64,000 nucleotides of DNA from an uncultured Desulfovibrionaceae bacterium (GCA_964368455.1 CAYJAZ010000009.1:14941-78940), one strand, 5' to 3'. Shown: positions 19,699 to 30,376, counted from the first letter of the stretch. Numbers and translations are program-made. Notes: generated from the sequence alone by a model not told the origin.

Positions 19699-21769
19699 GC
19701 CTCTAGTCAGTATTTTTATGGCAACATATAATCATGCAGCTTATATTGGACAAGCTCTTGATTCTTGCCTAAAGCAAGAAACTACTTTCGATTTTGAAAT
19801 TGTTGTGTGCGATGATTGCTCAAACGATGGAACTTCAGAAATTATTAGAGAATATGCAAGAAAATATCCTCAAGTAGTTCCCTCTATTCAGCCTGTAAAC
19901 ACAAAGGCCACAAAAAATTTCATGGACGGTTTAAATAAACTTCGTGGAAAATATGTTGCTTTTTGTGAAGGTGATGACTTTTGGACAGACACAAATAAAT
20001 TACAAAAACAGATCTCTTTCCTAGAAGAAAATCCTGATTTTACAGTCTGTTGTCATAAAGTAAAAATGCTTGACATGGGAAAAGGCGAAGATCAAGACGA
20101 TGTTTTCATCTATAAAGATATGCGTTTTGATGAAAAACGTATTAAAGAAGGTATTTTTTACGCAGATGAAGCCATTTCAAACTATTTCTTTCAAACCTCT
20201 TCAGTTGTTTTTCGCTGGAGGTTCACAGAGGGTCTGCCAAATTGGTTCACTCTTTATATGCTACTCGATCATTTTTTATTTATGCTGCATGCAGTAGAAG
20301 GAAAGATTAAATATTTTGATGAAGATATGAGTGTTTGGCGTAGGCATCCAGGTGGATATTCATGGCTTCAAACCATAAATAAAGGATTGTTTTTTAGACA
20401 GAAATATGCTGACTGGATTATAGTCTATGAAGAAATGGATAGATTTTTCTCCTATCGCTTTACTTTGCAAATAAGGGAGCGTATTTTATTGGTTTTGCGT
20501 AATCTTATCTCCCATTACATGCAAACTAATCAACTTGAACAAATAAAAGAAATCTCTCAGAGATTTAAAAAATATTTTGATAAGCCTGTTCTTGAAAACT
20601 CTATCATTTTAGATGCAATGCGTATTGCCATGCCTGAAAATAGGGAGTTTTTTCCTCCTTGGGTCACAGATATTGATGGCTATAATCATTCTAAAGAGCA
20701 AAATTCTGTTGAAAAATCGTTAGGCAGTTTCTTTGAACTTGATATTAATTCAATGCCAAAATCTGAAAATAGTATTTGGGATTATTGGGTAAATAATAAT
20801 GAAGTAGCTACATTTGCAAATCCAACGCAAGCGCTTATCTCACTTCTAATGCATTATGGGATAAGAACTCTATGGCTTCCTTCCTATGCTCATCCGCATA
20901 TAGCAGAAATAAAAGATAGAATTCCTCTGGCCATAAGAATATACCCTATTAATTCAAATTATGAACCTATGCTAGATTTTCTTGATGTTATACCACAAAA
21001 TGAAGCCGTTCTTTTATATTCCTATTTTGGTAAAGGCATAAGCTCTCACCTTGAAGAAGCCATTTCACAAAGACAAGATATATTGTGGATAGAAGAGAGA
21101 AGTCAAGCTCTTTGGACAAATAAAGAGCCAAAAGGGCAAGTGATTATATATAAGCCAAGCGAACTTCTTGGAGTGCCTGACGGCACTTTACTTGTAGGTA
21201 AAGGAGTGAGCACAATCAAGCCATTACAATCGCAAGGCCACCCAAAATCATTTTACGAAAAGCTAGAATTTGCAATTGATCGTATGGAAAATACTTCTCC
21301 TGATGCAAAACAGATCCTCAAATATAGTACTATCACACAAAGACAACATTTACCTCAAGGTAGAGCGTCAAAACTCACTATTGAAATGCTAAAACGTATA
21401 CCTTTAATGCCTATAGTGGAAAAAAGAATAAGAAATTGGAAATACCTTTATAAACATTTAAGAGAATATTCCTTTTGGCAAGAAGAAAATCTCGACTTTG
21501 CACCTTACTGTTTTTGCTTGATCACTCATCCACAGGGAGAAAAAAAATATCCAGTAGACATGCTCACAGCCATTTTGAGTAATCAAAAAATCTTTTGCCT
21601 GCCTCACATGGAAGTAAAGGCAGATTATAGATGTTTATTCAAATATTTCTTGACTTTATTGCCTTGCGATCAACGTATGGAAATAGAAGATTTAGACAGA
21701 ATGATCACAATTATAAAAGAGTATATGAGAGGCGAAATTAGCCCTAACAAAGTAGCAGCTTGGCAATAA
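19685..21769 (+). CDS. GT2 glycosyltransferase fused to a ~350-aa C-terminal domain of unknown function (paralog of 43077..45161)
   Basis: I chose the ATG at 19685 (SD ggagag) over the ORF-track start 19607. The GT2 N-terminus is VSIFMATYNHAAYIGQALDSC...VCDDCSNDGT...CEGDDFW. The C-terminal half has an ELLGVPDGTLLVGKG string faintly reminiscent of PLP fold-type I enzymes. Confidence 0.7.
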   Translation: MLENKPLVSIFMATYNHAAYIGQALDSCLKQETTFDFEIVVCDDCSNDGTSEIIREYARKYPQVVPSIQPVNTKATKNFMDGLNKLRGKYVAFCEGDDFWTDTNKLQKQISFLEENPDFTVCCHKVKMLDMGKGEDQDDVFIYKDMRFDEKRIKEGIFYADEAISNYFFQTSSVVFRWRFTEGLPNWFTLYMLLDHFLFMLHAVEGKIKYFDEDMSVWRRHPGGYSWLQTINKGLFFRQKYADWIIVYEEMDRFFSYRFTLQIRERILLVLRNLISHYMQTNQLEQIKEISQRFKKYFDKPVLENSIILDAMRIAMPENREFFPPWVTDIDGYNHSKEQNSVEKSLGSFFELDINSMPKSENSIWDYWVNNNEVATFANPTQALISLLMHYGIRTLWLPSYAHPHIAEIKDRIPLAIRIYPINSNYEPMLDFLDVIPQNEAVLLYSYFGKGISSHLEEAISQRQDILWIEERSQALWTNKEPKGQVIIYKPSELLGVPDGTLLVGKGVSTIKPLQSQGHPKSFYEKLEFAIDRMENTSPDAKQILKYSTITQRQHLPQGRASKLTIEMLKRIPLMPIVEKRIRNWKYLYKHLREYSFWQEENLDFAPYCFCLITHPQGEKKYPVDMLTAILSNQKIFCLPHMEVKADYRCLFKYFLTLLPCDQRMEIEDLDRMITIIKEYMRGEISPNKVAAWQ

Positions 21770-21789
21770 AAAAATCAAAGGAAGAAATT

Positions 21790-23547
21790 ATGCTAAACAA
21801 AAAGATACTATTATTATCAACATATAATGAATATGCTACTGGCTGTAGACAATTAGCCGCTGTTTTGCTTAATGCAGGATATTCGGTTAAAATTGTTGTT
21901 TTTAAAAAATACAATACAGATGTAAGTAAATCCTTTTATACGCAAACAGAAGAAAAATTACTCACTGATTACATTAAAAGTTATTGTCCTGATATTATCG
22001 CTTTTTCTTGTATCAGCGATATAAAATTATCAGAAGATATTCTTTTTGAAATTTTAAAAAAAGCCGCTCCACAAGCTTTGCTTGCATGCGGTGGTTTTGG
22101 TCCAACACTTGAACCAGAACGCTTTTTGAAAGCTGGTGCAGCTTATGTATTAAGGGGCGAAGGTGAAGAAAGTATTCTTGAATTTGTAGCTTTATCTCAT
22201 TCAAAAGAAGATTTAAAAAAGATAAATAATCTTTCTTATCTTGATGAAAACAATAAACTTGTCGACAATCCTTTAAGGCCTCTCATTGAAGACATAGACA
22301 CAATTCTCCCTTTTTATCACGGAGATGAACATTTTGTTTTTATTGAAAATGATGAATTATTTGAAAAAGATTATATGTTTTCCATTCAAAAAGTATATTT
22401 GCTTCTGGCAAGTAGAGGTTGTACTTCAAATTGTTCCTATTGCTGTGCTGGCAATTGGATCAATCTTTATAGAAAACATTATACCAACGTAAAAAGATAC
22501 AGAATACGTTCTAGTGATAGTCTCATTAAAGAGCTGATACAAGCAAAAGAAATGGGTGTCGGATGGATAATGTTTTATGATGAATACTTTTTGCGAACTC
22601 AAGAAGAATTCGAGAATTTTTTTGTAAGATATAAAGAAGAAATCAATCTTCCTTATTCTCTTAGTGTGCATACGAAACATCTTATAAGAAGTAAAGAAGA
22701 TTGCGACCTTGTTACATCATCAGGCCTTGCAGTAATAGAAGTAGGGGTGCAAAGTGCAAATAAACACATTTCAAAAAATGTATTTAACCGCAAAACAGAC
22801 CCTAAAGAACAGTTTAAAGCAATTATCAACCTTTATGAAAGGCGAGTTTCAACACGAGTAAACTTTATTACAGCTCATGCCCTTGAGGGGGAAGAAGAAT
22901 ATCACGAGTCTTTGGAATTTGTTAAAAATTTGCCTTTTGATGCAAGTTGGCAAAGGCGAATTTATCTTCATAATTTTAAGCTAGGCCTTTCGCCAGGTGC
23001 TCCTATAAAAGATATGTTTCCTATTTTGCAAGAGAAACCAGTTTCAAATAAAGAAGGAATATTTAAAACGCTTATGCTTAATGTGAGGCATGTTGTGAAG
23101 GATGATAGTATCTTTTATTCTATGTATAATGATCATTTTTTTAAGGATAACCCACTTGATATTTATGATATGCTTTTGCCACAGCTCTATCTTCAAGCGC
23201 AATATGATTATTGGGCAAAAGCTATAAAAGATTTAGCAGGTAAAGAAGTATACTTCTGGGGTTGTGGTAATTGGTATCACACACAAAAACATTTATTCCG
23301 TCATTGCAAACCAAAAGCAATGCTTATAAATGTTCCAACAAAATTAAAAGATATTGATGGTATAGAAATTCTTAATCCTGATGAAATATTGCATTCATCT
23401 TCGCCTCTTCCGATTATCTTTTTTGGGGCACATTCGCACAGAACCTCACAATATTGCCATCACACTTTCCCTAACTTTACACAACTTTATACACATGCAC
23501 CCCTTATGACGGTATTTGATGACTTGCGTAGACCTACTTTAACATAA
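21790..23547 (+). CDS. B12-binding-domain radical SAM enzyme (paralog 1)
   Basis: The N-terminal cobalamin-binding pattern is ILLLSTYNEY..GCRQLAAVLLNAGY...ACGGFGPT...VLRGEGEE. The rSAM motif is SRGCTSNCSYC. I chose the ATG at 21790 over the TTG at 21760. Confidence 0.75.
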   Translation: MLNKKILLLSTYNEYATGCRQLAAVLLNAGYSVKIVVFKKYNTDVSKSFYTQTEEKLLTDYIKSYCPDIIAFSCISDIKLSEDILFEILKKAAPQALLACGGFGPTLEPERFLKAGAAYVLRGEGEESILEFVALSHSKEDLKKINNLSYLDENNKLVDNPLRPLIEDIDTILPFYHGDEHFVFIENDELFEKDYMFSIQKVYLLLASRGCTSNCSYCCAGNWINLYRKHYTNVKRYRIRSSDSLIKELIQAKEMGVGWIMFYDEYFLRTQEEFENFFVRYKEEINLPYSLSVHTKHLIRSKEDCDLVTSSGLAVIEVGVQSANKHISKNVFNRKTDPKEQFKAIINLYERRVSTRVNFITAHALEGEEEYHESLEFVKNLPFDASWQRRIYLHNFKLGLSPGAPIKDMFPILQEKPVSNKEGIFKTLMLNVRHVVKDDSIFYSMYNDHFFKDNPLDIYDMLLPQLYLQAQYDYWAKAIKDLAGKEVYFWGCGNWYHTQKHLFRHCKPKAMLINVPTKLKDIDGIEILNPDEILHSSSPLPIIFFGAHSHRTSQYCHHTFPNFTQLYTHAPLMTVFDDLRRPTLT

Positions 23548-23576
23548 AAACTTCATTAGAAAATACAGGAAAAAAA

Positions 23577-24221
23577 ATGACTATTATCAAAGATACTCTA
23601 GACATTCAAAAACTTCACAACAACGCAGAAGAAATAGAGAATATTGCTAAAATAATCATAAAAAACAATGCAGTAAAACTTCATCTTGCTTGTGGAACCA
23701 ATTATTTTGAAAACTGGATAAACATTGATAATAATTCAGATAATAATATTTCAAAACTAGATTTAAACTATGACTTACGCAATCCCCTCCCTTTTAAAGA
23801 TAATTCTGTAGATTTTATTTTTAATGAACATTTTTTAGAACATCTCACAGCAGAAGAAGGCCATAGAGCATTAAAAGATTTTATGCGTGTTTTAAAACCA
23901 AATGGAATAATGCGTATAGCCATGCCTGACTTAATGAATATTGTTAACGCCTATCTCCACGATGATTGGGAAGATACAAAGATAAATTTTCTTGATAAAC
24001 ACGGACTTGGTTTTATAAAAACAAAGGCAGAACTTCTTAATATTAATTTCCGAGCATGGGGGCATAAATGGCTTTATGATTGGGAAGAACTTGAAAGAAG
24101 ACTTAACGAAGTTAATGCAAAAAACATCAAAAAATGTCTATGGCAGCAAAGCGAGCATGCTGTTTTAAAGAATCTAGAAACAAGAAATGAATCCACATTA
24201 ATAGCTGAAATTATAAAATAA
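23577..24221 (+). CDS. Class I SAM-dependent methyltransferase
   Basis: LHLACGTNYFENWINID...FNEHFLEHL...VLKPNGIMRIAMPD, a methyltransferase type-11-like pattern. Confidence 0.7.
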   Translation: MTIIKDTLDIQKLHNNAEEIENIAKIIIKNNAVKLHLACGTNYFENWINIDNNSDNNISKLDLNYDLRNPLPFKDNSVDFIFNEHFLEHLTAEEGHRALKDFMRVLKPNGIMRIAMPDLMNIVNAYLHDDWEDTKINFLDKHGLGFIKTKAELLNINFRAWGHKWLYDWEELERRLNEVNAKNIKKCLWQQSEHAVLKNLETRNESTLIAEIIK

Positions 24222-24242
24222 TTTAAGAAAAATAGAGTCCTT

Positions 24243-25988
24243 ATGCTAAAAAATAAAAAAATACTCCTTATAGCTCCATACAATCAACATTCCACAGGGG
24301 CAAGACAATTAGCCTCTGTTTTATTAGAAAAAGACTATTTGGCTAAAGTCTTAGTTTTCAAAAAAATGTCCGCACCAAATCCAAGTCATGAAGAAATGGA
24401 TTTATTAGCTACCTATCTTAAAAATTATCAACCTGATTTCATTGGCATAAGCCTTACTTCTTTCACAAATATCAAGGAAAAAATCTTTTTTGCCTTTCTT
24501 AAAGAGCATGCTCCAAAGGCGATTTTAGCATGCGGCGGTTTTGGGCCAACTTTTGAAACTAAACGTTTTTTAGACGCTGGAATAGATTATGTTTTACGTG
24601 GCGAAGGCGAAGGAATTATACTTGATATAGCAAGGGCTTTGCATACAAATGAAGATATAAAAAGCTTTGACAATGTCTCCTATTTTGACGAAAATAAAAA
24701 CATTATCGACAATCCCCTACGCCCTCTTATCGAGGATTTAGACACTATTCCTCCTTATTTGCACGGAGATGAGCATATAAGCATTATTGACGATAATAGC
24801 ATTCGCCATTGTGATCCTATGCTTGTTGATGAAAAAATGTATCTTGCAACAACAAGCCGTGGCTGTCTTGGAAAATGCACTTATTGTTCAGGCGGAAACT
24901 GGCTTGAAATCTATAAAAAACAATTTGGAAAAGTGAAAAGATATCGCACTCGTTCAGTTGAGCATATCATGCAAGAACTAGAAAAAGCTAAAGCTAATGG
25001 AGCTATATATATACATTTTTTTGATGAATACTTTGTCCGCCCTGAAAAAGAATTTTTTAAATTCTTTACTGAAATTAAAGAAAGAATTGGCTTGCCTTTT
25101 TCACTTATGGTGCATTCTGTTTTTTTAATGCAAGACAAGAAAAGAATTGAAACTTTCTTTCAATCAGGCATTTGGTATGTTGAAATTGGCGTTCAAACGG
25201 CAAATGAGCATATCAGCAGAAATATTTTCAGACGCCCTGTCAGTACGGCACATCAATTAAAAACACTTAAACTTTTTTATGAAAAACGTATTTGTTCTGC
25301 TGTTGATATTATCACAGCACATGCATTAGAAAGCGAAGAAGCATATAGAGACACTTTAGAATTTATCAAAGCTCTTCCATACGATCCAAGCTGGCCAAGA
25401 CGTATACATCTACAAGTTTTTCGTCTAGGGCTTTTTCCTGGTGCACCTATTGGGGACATGTTTCCACTATTAAAAGAAGAAATTATTCCTAAAAACACTG
25501 TATACCACCGCATTTTAATGGCATATTTAAGACATTATATAAAAGACGATACAGAATTTTTCTCTTATTATAACGATACCTCCTATCTTGAAAATCCTAA
25601 AACTCTTTATGAGCTTTGCCATTCAATATATAATCGCGAGCAAGAATTATATTGGCAAAAAACTATTAAAAGACTTGAAAATAAAGAAGTATATTTCTGG
25701 GCTTGCGGTTCTTGGTATCAAGAAAATAAAGAATATTTTAAAAATACAAAAGCAAGAGCTATACTTGTAAACACCCCACACGAACATAATGAATCTATGG
25801 ACGGATTGAAAATAGTCCATTCTGATGAAATATTGCCACAAAATAAGAATAATCCTTTACCGATTATTGTCTTTGGACGTAATGCTCCAAGGATTTCACA
25901 ATATATTTTAAAAAATTACCCTGAATACACAGATATTATCACTTCATGCAAGGTTGTTGCTCAATTACCAAACTATACTTTTGAATAA
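24243..25988 (+). CDS. B12-binding-domain radical SAM enzyme (paralog 2)
   Basis: Collinear with 21790..23547 (ACGGFGPT, VLRGEGEG, DNPLRPLIEDLDTI, SRGCLGKCTYC, ITAHALE, RLGLFPGAPI). Confidence 0.75.
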   Translation: MLKNKKILLIAPYNQHSTGARQLASVLLEKDYLAKVLVFKKMSAPNPSHEEMDLLATYLKNYQPDFIGISLTSFTNIKEKIFFAFLKEHAPKAILACGGFGPTFETKRFLDAGIDYVLRGEGEGIILDIARALHTNEDIKSFDNVSYFDENKNIIDNPLRPLIEDLDTIPPYLHGDEHISIIDDNSIRHCDPMLVDEKMYLATTSRGCLGKCTYCSGGNWLEIYKKQFGKVKRYRTRSVEHIMQELEKAKANGAIYIHFFDEYFVRPEKEFFKFFTEIKERIGLPFSLMVHSVFLMQDKKRIETFFQSGIWYVEIGVQTANEHISRNIFRRPVSTAHQLKTLKLFYEKRICSAVDIITAHALESEEAYRDTLEFIKALPYDPSWPRRIHLQVFRLGLFPGAPIGDMFPLLKEEIIPKNTVYHRILMAYLRHYIKDDTEFFSYYNDTSYLENPKTLYELCHSIYNREQELYWQKTIKRLENKEVYFWACGSWYQENKEYFKNTKARAILVNTPHEHNESMDGLKIVHSDEILPQNKNNPLPIIVFGRNAPRISQYILKNYPEYTDIITSCKVVAQLPNYTFE

Positions 25989-25997
25989 GGTAAGATA

Positions 25998-28900
25998 ATG
26001 ATTAAAGATATTTATATACATATTGCCACATTAGCAAGTGCATTTCCAATTCTTCATTTTTGCAATACAAATACTGCAATTCTCGAAAAACATGGCTATT
26101 ATTACCCTAAAATGCGAGATATCGCACCTTCTTACCCACAAGAACTTGACTTTTATGATGTATCAACACATGAATGGCTTGTTTCTATGCAAAATACATT
26201 TTCTGAACAAAATGCAAAAATAGCAGAAAAAAACGGTTTAGAACCATTTGTCTTAGCACATAGAAAAAAATGCTTAATAAATCTTGCTCAAAAAATTGAG
26301 GCCAAGCAAAACATCCATTCGCTTTGCCTTTTTGTCAATCCATTTTTGACAGATGTCGATCAAGTGTCCTTGCTCATAAAAGAGATTGAAGAAACATTTC
26401 CACACGCAAAGCTTCATATTTCTATACTCTCACTATTGGCAGATAAAGAAGTTCTAGGTAAATGGCTACATTGTTCTTTATATGAAAATTATCCTTTACG
26501 CTTGGAAGAGTTCATACTATACATTCAAAATAGAGGCTCTTGGTTATACACTCCCGATAAAATATATAAAAATCTTTCTGAAAATTATGAAGAAAAGATA
26601 GCACGAATAGTTATTCAAGATGAAAAAAATTTTTCAACAAGCTCTCTTTGTACATGGCTTGACAGCGTAGATTTATCCCATTTAAAATCTCTTGTCGATG
26701 ACAAGAGTGTGAGCTTTTTCATTTCAAAAGAGAAATTTTTATTTTTGAATTCTTTTTCAAAAAATAACTATCCTGAAAAATTTCCCCTTTCCTGGCTTAA
26801 AGAAACTGACTTTATCCAATGTGAAATATCCGAAAAAGAAAATAGTGAATATTTAACAAAAGAACAAAAAGAATTTATTAATAAGCAATACGAAGATATA
26901 AAAAATAATGTGCTTATGTCACCCATAGTAAAATATCCACTATTAAAAGATACCTTAGATAATCTTATAGATTTAGATTTAAATGATGCACTTTTCTTAG
27001 CCTCACAACTAAGTGCTGGCCTTCGAGCAAGATTAGAAGAAGAAATCAACACTTCTGCTTTGCCATTTAGCAATCTAAATATAAGAAATATACATTCTGC
27101 GCTCTTAGCAACACAAAAAAGAATTGAAAAAGATACTATGCATAATTTGGCTATAGATAGAGCAGAGACAAACATCAAGAATATTTACATTTTTTTCTCT
27201 CCCTTTCTTTCTCGCTCTATAATGACAGATTATGTGCTTACACATAAGAAAGAGATAGAAAAACATGGCATTTATTATCCAATATGCACTGATTTATTTG
27301 AACATTTTCCAAAAGAATTAGAATATCTCAATCACGAAGGCAATACTTGGCTTTATACGGATTCACAAAAATACAATAAATATCTATCAAATATTGCCGA
27401 TAAAATTTTGAATAAAAAGTTCACTTTTCCTGAGAACACTGACCTATTTACCACTTTAGTTAACTATCTTGCTAATAAAAAAAACCTACATTCGTTAGCT
27501 ATTTTTGCTCCTATTACTACGAATTATTCTTCCATAGTAGAGCTATATAAAATATTAAAAATACATTTTCCAAATGCACGTATACACGCAAAAGGCTGCG
27601 ATCTACCACAAGATAGAAAGGTTGAAAGTCTTTGGTGTGAAGCTATGATGAATGGAGAGTGTAAAATATCTTTAATGTACTACCTTTGGTATGTACATCA
27701 CAAAGGTACCTCTTTCAATTTAATAAAACCTATACAAGAAATTTTTTCAGATGGAAATACTTCATTTGATTATACAAAAATCTCGCACGAGAAAGAAGTC
27801 ATACCGCATTGGATTAAATGGCTAAAACTTGAAAATATATCCATAGAGGAAAATAAATTAAACACCCTTCCCTCCTCTCAAGTGCTTTCTTTCATAAAAG
27901 CTGTAAGCAATAATTTTTATCTTAATTCCATTCATTACGATTGGATATCACAAAAAGAATTTCTTTCATATAAGACAGATGAAGGACAAATAAACACCTA
28001 TTTACGTCCCTATTGGCGAAACTATATTCAAGAGCAATACAAGATAAATTTTGGAAAAGCTGATATACTTCAAGAAAACATTAAATATAAAGATTTAAGC
28101 GACGAATCACTTGGAATCAGTTTTGATGAAGCTATTACTCTTGCAAAACTACTTGAAAGCGATTTTCGTAAACTTATAGTAACACATCTTGATACAACAC
28201 TTTTAGCCTATCAAACACAGGCAGCAAGAAATGTATTTGCTGCCCTACTTTATGTTGAAGATAGAATCGATGAAGAAACACTCTCTACGTTCACTCAAAA
28301 TGCACAAGGCTGCACTCTTCCACCTCAAGCAATAAATGGAAAAATAGATCTTTCTGAAGCAAAAGTTGCAGTACTTACAATGACCTATAATCATAAAGAT
28401 TATATTGAACAATGTATAAAATCTGTACTTATGCAAGAAACTGATTTTCCTGTTACACATATTATTTCAGACGACGATTCAACTGACGGCACAAGAGAAA
28501 TCTTGCTAAAATATGCTGCAAAATATCCACATATTAAACTTATCTTCAACGATACAAATACTCCACATGAAGTTGCAGGAAGATTGTTTGATCAAATTTC
28601 AGCACCTTACGTTGCTCTTTGTGACGGCGATGATTATTTCAGCGACACAAAAAAATTGCAAAAACAAGTAGATTATCTTGAAGAAAATCCCAGAGCTTCT
28701 ATGTGTTTTCACTTTGTGCAGACTATATTTGAGGATAATCCAGATCTCACACAAATCTATCCTAAGGAAATAAAAAGAGGCATAAAAAAGCAATATTACT
28801 TACGTGAATTGCTTATTGAAAACTTTATTCAAACAAATTCAGTTATGTATAGATGGCGATTTCAAAATAAAGCATTGCCAGCTTGGTTTGCGTTTGGCAC

Positions 28901-29249
28901 TTGCCCATCAGATAGATATTGGCATCTCATTCAAGCTGAAGAGGGCTTTATAGGCTTCATACCTGAAATTATGTCTGTGTATAGAAGACATAGTGCTGGG
29001 CATTTTTTCCACACAACTAATAATATTTTAAAACACAGAGATTTGTATGGCTTACAAGAAATTATGCTTTTTGAATTTCTTAACATCCACTTTGAAGGCA
29101 AATTTCAGGAAGAACTAAAATGCATGGTCGACAGTGTTTATGCAGAACGTATATACAGTGCTTCAAAAAGGGAAGACATTACTCATATTCAAAGCATTTT
29201 AGCTTATTTTCCAAGTCTTCAAGAGTATTTAAAAAATAAATTTATGTAG
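25998..29249 (+). CDS. 1083-aa protein: two tandem copies of a ~390-aa unknown domain plus a C-terminal GT2 glycosyltransferase
   Basis: Internal duplication: IYIHI..LEKHGYYYP..NIHSLCLFVNP..FPHAKLHI matches IYIFF..IEKHGIYYP..NLHSLAIFAP..FPNARIHA. The GT2 part is VAVLTMTYNHKDYIEQC...ISDDDSTDGT...CDGDDYF. Confidence 0.6.
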   Translation: MIKDIYIHIATLASAFPILHFCNTNTAILEKHGYYYPKMRDIAPSYPQELDFYDVSTHEWLVSMQNTFSEQNAKIAEKNGLEPFVLAHRKKCLINLAQKIEAKQNIHSLCLFVNPFLTDVDQVSLLIKEIEETFPHAKLHISILSLLADKEVLGKWLHCSLYENYPLRLEEFILYIQNRGSWLYTPDKIYKNLSENYEEKIARIVIQDEKNFSTSSLCTWLDSVDLSHLKSLVDDKSVSFFISKEKFLFLNSFSKNNYPEKFPLSWLKETDFIQCEISEKENSEYLTKEQKEFINKQYEDIKNNVLMSPIVKYPLLKDTLDNLIDLDLNDALFLASQLSAGLRARLEEEINTSALPFSNLNIRNIHSALLATQKRIEKDTMHNLAIDRAETNIKNIYIFFSPFLSRSIMTDYVLTHKKEIEKHGIYYPICTDLFEHFPKELEYLNHEGNTWLYTDSQKYNKYLSNIADKILNKKFTFPENTDLFTTLVNYLANKKNLHSLAIFAPITTNYSSIVELYKILKIHFPNARIHAKGCDLPQDRKVESLWCEAMMNGECKISLMYYLWYVHHKGTSFNLIKPIQEIFSDGNTSFDYTKISHEKEVIPHWIKWLKLENISIEENKLNTLPSSQVLSFIKAVSNNFYLNSIHYDWISQKEFLSYKTDEGQINTYLRPYWRNYIQEQYKINFGKADILQENIKYKDLSDESLGISFDEAITLAKLLESDFRKLIVTHLDTTLLAYQTQAARNVFAALLYVEDRIDEETLSTFTQNAQGCTLPPQAINGKIDLSEAKVAVLTMTYNHKDYIEQCIKSVLMQETDFPVTHIISDDDSTDGTREILLKYAAKYPHIKLIFNDTNTPHEVAGRLFDQISAPYVALCDGDDYFSDTKKLQKQVDYLEENPRASMCFHFVQTIFEDNPDLTQIYPKEIKRGIKKQYYLRELLIENFIQTNSVMYRWRFQNKALPAWFAFGTCPSDRYWHLIQAEEGFIGFIPEIMSVYRRHSAGHFFHTTNNILKHRDLYGLQEIMLFEFLNIHFEGKFQEELKCMVDSVYAERIYSASKREDITHIQSILAYFPSLQEYLKNKFM

Positions 29250-29352
29250 TTATTACATATTTAAACAAACTAAATTCTCGCAAAACTTGACTTTACATTT
29301 TCGTTCATATAAAAATCAAAACATAAACAATTATTTAACAAGTTAGGTTATT

Positions 29353-30351
29353 ATGCTTAATAATAAAACAATACTCATCACAGGTGGCACAGGAAGTTTT
29401 GGAAAAAAATTTACTGAAATCGTTCTTGAAAAATATCCTGATGTAAAAAAAATTATCATTTTTTCTCGTGATGAATTTAAGCAATTTGAAATGCAAAACC
29501 AATCATTTTTTAAATTGCATGAAGAGAAACTAAGATATTTTATTGGCGATGTTCGTGACAAAGAAAGATTGCATAGAGCTTTTAATGAAGTGGATATTGT
29601 TATTCATGCAGCAGCACTAAAACAGGTTCCTGCTTGTGAATATAATCCTTTTGAAGCGGTAAAAACAAATGTTTTGGGTGCCCAAAATATTATTGATTCT
29701 GCAATTGATTGCGGCGTTGCGAAAGTAGTTGCACTTTCAACTGATAAGGCTTGTTCTCCAGTAAATCTTTATGGAGCAACAAAGCTTTGTTCTGATAAAC
29801 TTTTTATTGCCGGTAATGCCTATGTAGGTTTTGGTAGGCACACAAAATTCAGTGTTGTTCGTTATGGTAATGTTGCAGGCTCTCGCGGATCGGTTATTCC
29901 ATTTTTCCAAAAGCTTATAAAAGAAAAGGCAGAGTTTTTTCCTATAACCGATATGAACATGACACGTTTTTGGCTCAAACTTGAGCAAGCTGTTGATATG
30001 GTTTTAGAAGCTCTTGAAAAAATGCATGGCGGCGAATTATATGTAAAGAAAATCCCTTCTATGCGTTTGCCAGATTTAGCAAAAGCTATTTGCCCAACAA
30101 TGCCATTAAAAGAAGTGGGAATCCGTCCTGGTGAAAAAATCCATGAGCAAATGATAACCAAAGAAGATGCACACACAACAATAGACGCAGGTGAGTTTTA
30201 TATTATTTTACCACAAACAAAACTTGAGAGCATTGCTGGAAAATATAAAGATTCAAAGCCTTTAAAGGCTGATTTTGAATATCATTCTGGTAATAACGAT
30301 AGTTGGTTAACTATTGATGAAATGAAACAATTAATTTTAGATATTGCGTAA
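29353..30351 (+). CDS. pseB: UDP-N-acetylglucosamine 4,6-dehydratase (inverting), PseB
   Basis: 332 aa with ILITGGTGSFGK, FIGDVRD, IHAAALKQVP, STDKA..P.N.YGATK. Confidence 0.9.
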   Translation: MLNNKTILITGGTGSFGKKFTEIVLEKYPDVKKIIIFSRDEFKQFEMQNQSFFKLHEEKLRYFIGDVRDKERLHRAFNEVDIVIHAAALKQVPACEYNPFEAVKTNVLGAQNIIDSAIDCGVAKVVALSTDKACSPVNLYGATKLCSDKLFIAGNAYVGFGRHTKFSVVRYGNVAGSRGSVIPFFQKLIKEKAEFFPITDMNMTRFWLKLEQAVDMVLEALEKMHGGELYVKKIPSMRLPDLAKAICPTMPLKEVGIRPGEKIHEQMITKEDAHTTIDAGEFYIILPQTKLESIAGKYKDSKPLKADFEYHSGNNDSWLTIDEMKQLILDIA

Positions 30352-30376
30352 TAATTAACTAATATAAGAGAAAATT

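Noticed and set aside
21790-25988. A RiPP (proteusin- or sactipeptide-like) gene cluster, suggested by the B12-rSAM, SPASM-rSAM, ATP-grasp and methyltransferase genes.
   Set aside because: No precursor-peptide ORF, protease or exporter is present and intergenic gaps are only a few nt. The genes are interleaved with pseB/C/F/I and glycosyltransferases, so sugar tailoring is the more economical reading.
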